NCBI GenBank assembly: GCA_013265495.1
Contig: MU058781.1
Coordinates: 1,964,963 to 2,022,913 of the forward strand
Length of the DNA: 57,951 bases
DNA from: Vicugna vicugna
Taxonomy: Eukaryota
Direction: 5' to 3'
The position numbers and the translations under genes were made by a program. Shown here in pieces: positions 51,703 to 57,951 of this stretch. Position 1 is the stretch's first letter. Each line of letters begins with the position of its first letter. The notes beneath the pieces were generated by a model that saw nothing but the letters and a program-made list of their open reading frames with translations, was not told where the DNA came from and did not search any database.

Positions 51703-53132
51703 GTAGGGGAAGTGGACAGTGAGAGCGAAATCTTCCCCAGCGTCCTCACAACCAGCACAGTTCTCCGTTCGGGAGTGTCATTTATCTCAGGGAGTCTTTT
51801 TTATCTCTTCTTTCCCTCCATTGAAGGCTTCATTCATTCTTTGATGTCTTTTTCCGTTTGGCTCTCAGGTGCCTAATTCATTCACGTTTTAATCCCAGTT
51901 AAAACCCGTTTCTAACAGGAGGCAAAGTGCCACGCCTCTGCCAGTAGGATTTCGCGTATGAGAGAGGGAGAAACTTGGGAGGTGCTGTGCCTTCCGGCAA
52001 TAATATTCCGAGCCTTCATCTTTGGCAATTACCTGGCCCTGTCGATTGACAGAAACGCTAAATAGATCGTCATATGTTTGCACAATAGAATGCTGTACAG
52101 CAGCGAAAATGAACCGCCAACCTGTTTGTATCAACATGGGTAACCCTCAAAATCAATGCTGCACCACAGAGCCAGTTACGGTAGGATGCACACTGTGCGA
52201 TGACCTGTGTTTAAAATTCCCAAACAGGTGAAAAGAAACGGCATTTACACATAAGCTATATATCAGTGAATATATATGTAAATCGCAAATGCACATATGT
52301 ACATATATTTCCATATAGACACAAGAGGCCAATCTGAAAAGAAAAGTGATGGACTGTGACTAACACACAGTTTAAGACAGCAGTTCCCTTCAAGGGTTGG
52401 GAGGGTGGGCAATGAGTAAACACTTACTTGTTTTCTTATTTTTACTATTGTTTGGAAGTGTACGTATACATTACACATACCTCTTTGTAGTGTGAAATGT
52501 TTCACATTATTTTAAAAGTTTCTAAGGTGACATTTACCTGGGTTATTAACCCTCATCTATCACCTGGGAAAGTGGAGGGAGGGGCTTAGGGAAGAACAGC
52601 CGCTTAGAGAAATTACGCAGAGAGTTAGCTGAGTTGTAGCCCTCCTCTGGCCAAGGCTTCTCCTCTGACGTGAATGAGAAAAGGAATGTCAGTGCGTTGA
52701 TGCCGCCACCTTCACCTCATTTCATCACAGGTGAGCTACTCCTGAACCCCCAGAATTTGTCCTTAGGGCAGAACCACCAACAGTGGAGTCTGGGGTGTGC
52801 CCATTTCAAGCAGTCTTGTCCATCACTGCCTGGACATTTGGGAGCCACGTGGGCACAGTGAGGTTGTTTATCGTGATGACCAAGAAGGCCTGCAGCACAC
52901 GGGGATGGCTTGGACACGTCCTGCCCGGGACGTCGCACCATTCCTGGCCCTGCAGGGCACACCAGGCAGGCACTGGGTGGGATGGGAGGCAGCCGTGCCC
53001 TTGAGGGGCACCTGCTCTGTGGTGCTCTGCCCAGTCTTCTTTCAGTCAGGTCCCACCTGCCAGGGCTTCCACATCAAGGGTGTGGCCAGTACCATGAGTA
53101 ATATGATTCTTTTCTTTAAATGAACTCACTTT

Positions 53133-53500
53133 TAGGGTGGTGAGGGGAGGGGGAGTTGGATGAAGGTGGTCAAAAGGTACAGACATCCAGTCATAAGATA
53201 AAAGTACTGGCGATGTAATGTACAGCATGATAAATGTAATTAACACTGCTCTACATTATAAGTGAAAGGTTTTCAGAGAGTAAATCCTAGGAGTTCTCAT
53301 CTTAGGGAAAAAATAGTTTTTTTCTATTTCTTTAACGTTGTATCTACATGAGGTGATGGGCGTTCACTCCATCTACTGCGGTCATCATTTTATGCTGTGT
53401 GTAAGTCAGATCATTATGCTGTACCCCTTAAACTTATTCAGTGCTCTGTCAATTATTCCTCAACAAAACTGGAAGAACACACACACACACACAAAGGAAA
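53133..53500 (+). mobile_element. L1 3'-end fragment
   Basis: gatgaaggtggtcaaaaggtacagac...caacaaaactgg with A-rich tail; degenerate TSD aaat..actcactttt. Confidence 0.7.
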
Positions 53501-53600
53501 AGAAGGAAATAGACTCACTTTTTTTTAACTTAAAGACATGTATAATAAAAAAAAAAAGCTTTCATGCCAAATAAAAAACCAGTGTCATTGTTGTTAACAG

Positions 53601-53716
53601 AAGGTAATCATAAAAAACAAATACAGGAAGACGAAGCTGCGCTACTCAAGTTTAGCGAGCTACCACTGCCTGCTGACGGCTGAAAGCTTGAGGTCTACTT
53701 TCTCCTTGTGAAAAAG
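53601..53716 (+). pseudogene. candidate pseudo-exon, RGS domain start
   Basis: ttgttgttaacag / aag|gtaaac; IQEDEAALLKFSELPLPADG*KLEVYFLLVKK. Confidence 0.6.
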
Positions 53717-54589
53717 GTAAACGGCCACAGGTTAGGGGTCTTTAGATCAGGCCTAAATCAAAGGCTCTAAAGAGTGAAATGGAAACGTTTTCTCCTTATG
53801 ACAAAGTCTAGTGACTCATCGTGATTAAATGACACATCTGTGTATCGAGTACCATATCAAATTATCATATTGTGTCCCACACTTTGGAGATTTTGATCAC
53901 ATGAGTTATGGGGAGACAGAGAAGCAGAGGGAAGGTGGAGGGGGTTTGTAGTCATGTGTCTTCATGCGGCGCAGCTTTGCACAGAGCATGGCAAGTCTAA
54001 AGGGGCATCCCCTGTGCTAGTTGGTGCCTGAGTCCTTTCTCCAAGGGACATTCCCGAAGAGGGTGAGAAGGCTCCTCCTGCACACAGCCCTTGAATGGGG
54101 CGGGGGAGGGGAGTGACAAGAGGACAGAGGAGAGCTGTAAAGGGCACATCACCAAGTCAGCTACCACTGTGGGAGACTGGAGCCAAACCCGGGTGGAACC
54201 TTAAGAAAAGGCAGAAGACCTGTCTCAGAGTTATTCCACTCAGCCCAGGGGGAGCTGCGGCATTTACAGTCCACTGAGAGTCACAGTAGCCCTCCCCGGC
54301 CTGGAGAAAGCCTCAGCTCAGGACATGAAGAGTCAGACCTTAGAAGTCAGCCCAGTCCTGGCGAGGCCTGAAGGATGCGGGCAGGACTGACTGCTTCTCC
54401 TTACTACACCTTCTCTGCTAGATACTTAGGAAAATTATTGTAACGTTTAATCCTGACCACAGCCCTTCAAGATAGAGATTGATTTCCCTTATTTGCACAG
54501 AGAGGAAGAGGCACTAGAACTTATGTTATTTGACCAAAGTCACATAGTATGTGTTCTCCTGCCCCTCTGGTTGCACCTTTCTAGTCTTC

Positions 54590-55168
54590 TTTTTTCTTTT
54601 TTTTAATATTGAAGTGAAATTCATATAACATAAAATAGCCAATTTAAAGAGAACAATTCAGTGATGTTCAATAGATTCACAATGCTGCACACCTACCACC
54701 TCCATCTAGTTCTAAACATGTTTTCACACCAAAGGGAAACCCCATATCCATTAAGCAGTTGTTCCCCACAGCTCCCCGCTCCCAGCCGCCAGTTTGCATT
54801 CTCCTTCTGTTGACTGACCTATTCTGGGTATTTCATATAAACGGAATCATATACTTCTGGGGCCTCGTTTCTTAAGCTTAGTACAATGTTTTTTGAGGTT
54901 CATATGTGTTGTAGTATGTATCAGTAATTCATTCTTTCTGTGGTTGAGTAATATTCTATCGCAAGGATATACTGCAATTTATTTATCCATTCATCTGTGG
55001 ATGGACATTAAAGCTGTTTCTCCTTTTTGGTGGCTGTGATTAGGGCCGCTATGAACACATCGCACATACTCATCTGAGCCCCAGTTTTCAGTCCTTTGGG
55101 GTGTCTAACTAGGAGTGGAATTACTGGGTCATGTGGTAACTCTGTGTTTAACTTTTCAGGAAACTATC
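54590..55168 (-). mobile_element. L1MB-type 3' fragment
   Basis: poly(T) start, attgaagtgaaattcatataacataaa...ggagtggaattactgggtcatgtggtaactc. Confidence 0.8.
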
Positions 55169-55169
55169 C

Positions 55170-56265
55170 TGGTCTTGGAGAGCCCATTCTCCTCTCCATT
55201 TATTTAAATGTTAAGATTTAAATGTGAGGTTCAATCCTCAGCCAAACCACTCCTTGCCGCCACTTTTCTCATCTGATATTCTCTCTCCAGGGTGCTGCAT
55301 CCACGCCCACAGCACCAGTCAGCATCTACAGGCTGAGGACGCCCAGACCTCTGCTCTGAACTCTAGACCAGCATGTCCGCTGCTTGGCTGACATTTGCCT
55401 CTGGATGTGTTCAAGGCCCTCCAAAATCATCAATTCCAGAACCGAACTCACACCAGGCCTGGTCTTTCGCCAACGATTCTAGTCTCCGTGACCAGCAAGC
55501 AGCATCAACATCCAGCTGGATGCCCAAACCAGGAAATGGGCTCCTCTTCAGTACTTCCCCCTTGACCTCCTCCCCTGTCTACCACCAAGTCCTGTCGACT
55601 TTCCTTTCTAGGTGACTCTTTCGTCTGCCTACTTCTATCTACCACCCTTTTCTTATCTGTGCTCCACTGATATCCTTGCTTGACTGACTTAATCAGCCTT
55701 CTGACTGGTCTCCTCATCAGCAGATGTGACCTTCCCATCCATTCTCCACACTGTAGCAGAAGGGATTCCTTAAAAACACAGATCAGACCACAACAACCCC
55801 AAGCTTCTCCACAGAATTGAGAATAAGCAGCATGTTCAACACTGCCTCTTCTCCAGGCTCATCGTGAGCCATCCCACACCTCTTCCTTCTGACCACACTG
55901 GCCTTAATCTAGCTGGACAATTCAAGTCTCCCACCTCAGGACCTGCCACAAGCTGCTCCCTCCGCCTGGCCCTAGTCAGCCCTTTGCCTTGTGAACTCCT
56001 ACTCCTTTCCCAGTTCTCATTGCCATCCTTACGGAAACCTCCCTGATTCCCAGACAGATCCAGCTCCCCTGCAGTGTGCTCTGGTCCTCATCATATTTGT
56101 GTAATTATTAATTAATGTCTGCCTCTCCCCTGGACTGTAAGCTTTTGGGAGGTAGGACAGGGCAATGTCACTTTTGCTCCATCTTACATAAATTTTGACT
56201 TAAAAGTGGCCACCAATACCAGGCATACTCACTAGACACTTGTTCAATAATTTAACGAACTCATT
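55170..56265 (+). mobile_element. L2 LINE relic
   Basis: gacatttgcctctggatgt...ccacactgtagcagaagggattc...ggactgtaagct; other L2/MIR relics at ~900-1620, 2530-2620, 29100-30055, 32300-32575, 36770-37420, 47850-48090, 49220-49560. Confidence 0.7.
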
Positions 56266-56851
56266 AATGAGAAGCGGTGGAGCTGATTTCATATCCCAAC
56301 CTTTCCATGGCCCCATTTCCCCCCATTCTCAGAACAGGAATGTCCTTGGAAATAAGCAAACTTGGGAGGTAACAGAAATAGGGAGGAAAATCACTTGGCT
56401 GGTTCCCAGGAATCTCAGATGTTCTTCACTCCCACTTCTGGGTGGGAACCCAGCTTCTAGTGGGGACAGGATGGGCTCTCCAAGGAGCTGACGAGGCCAG
56501 AGCCCCTACCCTCACTGCCACTAGCACAGGGTCGAGGCTGCTCACCAGTCTCCAGGCAGCTTTCAGCAGTGTCTACCCCTTTCAGAAGGGCTTTCCCCCT
56601 TTAAACTGTATGTTCTTCATTTTGAAGTAATTTCATTGAGATAAAAAAGTTGCCTCTAGTCCTTTGCTGCAGAAAGGCAACTGAATGAATGAACAAATTA
56701 AATGAATATATACACACAGAGAAAAGTAGGATGGAGCCGTTGCGGGGGCCCAGTGTGGACACGCAGAACAGTGGGGATACCGATGGCCCCTCCTCTGCAG
56801 AGGCTGGACATACACTGGTCTAGTTCTCAACCACCATTTCTTGCCCCTTAG

Positions 56852-56976
56852 TCATTCTCAGTGAGGATGAAAACAACATGATAAATGATTCTAATCCACC
56901 ATAAAGTATAAGTGGTAGCCCATACTCTGAAGTTCTGAAATAATTTAGGGAAAGTAAAAGCTCGGGGTCACCCCAG
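56852..56976 (+). pseudogene. candidate pseudo-exon
   Basis: tttcttgccccttag / cag|gtaagc; frames contain stops. Confidence 0.45.
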
Positions 56977-57567
56977 GTAAGCTCTCTGAGGACGGTTGGA
57001 GGGGGAGGGGCCATGTACTTTGCACACCAGGAAGCACCTACCCAGCAAGATTTGAAATGTAGAAACAGCAGACGTTTTAGGTTGCATTGAAGCCAGTGCC
57101 TCCAGGTCAACTTGAAGGAAACCTGGAGTCACTCTTTCCTCCTTTGGGGCACGTTAAGTCTCTCCCAGCTGCAGATAAGGGCGTTCACAGTGGGAAACAC
57201 CACCACATGTCTGACACCAACTCAGGACGGCAGAGTCTGAGTGAGCCTCCCCAGCCCCTCCCCTGAGGCCACAGCAAACATCAGAGACTCACCCAGGGCG
57301 GAACCACTGCTGCTGGGTCATCTGGCCTCCCTGGTGTCCGTGCCCTCCCTCTGGGAAGGCAGGCAGGAGGTGGCAGCTCAGTCCTGTGCTTCTCTCTCTT
57401 CCAGACTTGCTTCTGAAGGCAGCTGTGAGCATTTCCTTACTGAGCAACCGCACACGTAGACTGAGTGGCGTGTGTGTGTGTTTTTCCTTCCGGTTGCTGT
57501 GAAGTGATGTTGCCTCGGTTCGTTTCCTCTCTGTGCCTCAGTCTTTTTTTTTTCCCCTCTCTGTCAG

Positions 57568-57600
57568 ACCTTCTGTGGATGGTTTGTTGTTTAGGGACAG
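57568..57600 (+). pseudogene. candidate 33-nt micro-exon
   Basis: long polypyrimidine tract + tcag / cag|gtaagc; PSVDGLLFRD. Confidence 0.5.
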
Positions 57601-57642
57601 GTAAGCCACCGGGTTCTCATCAGCACCGTCTGCTATTTTGAG

Positions 57643-57900
57643 AAAGAGAGGAGATCTTTCAGTTATCATTACCATGAAATTCTGCGGGATGTACTTTCTA
57701 AGTGGCACAATCACCTTCTCAGGCTGCACTGAGGCAAAAATTAGGCTATTTAAGCTCCATCAATTTAGGATTTTGTGGTTTTGTGAGCTCAATATGTCCC
57801 AAAGAGTTCTACAACAAATTGACATGAAACATCCTTTCCTTTGAAAAGTATTTACCGAGACAGTACACAGGGACAGGCACCCTGCTAGGGGCTGGGTCTC
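57643..57900 (+). pseudogene. candidate pseudo-exon, RGS-like
   Basis: SYHYHEILRDVLSKW (57661) and, in the same frame, LKSIYRDSTQGQAPC (57841). Confidence 0.4.
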
Positions 57901-57951
57901 CACACAGATCGCATTCCAAAATGTGAGGTAGAAGCCTAGATTTGATTACGT

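Larger units (their letters stand above)
2309..57900 (+). pseudogene. Unprocessed multi-exon pseudogene, RGS22/RGSL1-like multi-RGS-domain protein (probably extends beyond both window ends)
   Basis: Many AG...GT-bounded plus-strand segments in repeat-free DNA whose translations give RGS-like motifs (IFLDEVFCVRL*RFLEKE, KYISGKAP..NVDPSGR, LWQFLSTGLYLHAL, AGSCFTKFF, AYWGEISLLEQLC), broken by many stops and frameshifts. Family assignment by eye against recalled sequences. Confidence 0.7.

Noticed and set aside
9800..51880. Apparent minus-strand exons (e.g. ORFs 10932-11262, 20497-20751, 23613-23888, 40522-41102, 45199-45390, 45968-46171, 51546-51758)
   Set aside because: They mostly overlap plus-strand segments with better splice sites and coherent RGS motifs, so they are probably antisense shadows. 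One minus-strand motif near 46100 (EEGLRWLQR) looks RGS22-like but is isolated and treated as chance.
1..57951. Assigning the symbol RGS22 or RGSL1; prokaryotic-type systems (CRISPR, operons)
   Set aside because: Similarity is motif-level only, far too low for a mammalian orthologue; the sequence is clearly mammalian with no arrays or operons.

Overview
Mammalian genomic DNA, most likely camelid, judged from two Vic-1-type tRNA-derived SINEs with target-site duplications. It is rich in ancient eutherian repeats (L2, MIR, L1M, MLT/MER68 LTRs, MER DNA transposons). No intact protein-coding gene is visible, and most listed ORFs are chance or repeat-derived. The main signal lies in the unique sequence between the repeats: 30+ plus-strand segments, mostly bounded by AG/GT splice signals and spread across the whole window. 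Read through stops and frameshifts, they repeatedly give RGS-domain-like motifs and motifs resembling the RGS22/RGSL1 N-terminus. I interpret this as a decayed, intron-containing pseudogene of a very large multi-RGS protein, or of a tandem array, related to but distinct from RGS22/RGSL1. Reference motifs were recalled from memory and compared by eye, so HMM/tBLASTn confirmation is needed. Repeat family names and many boundaries are approximate.
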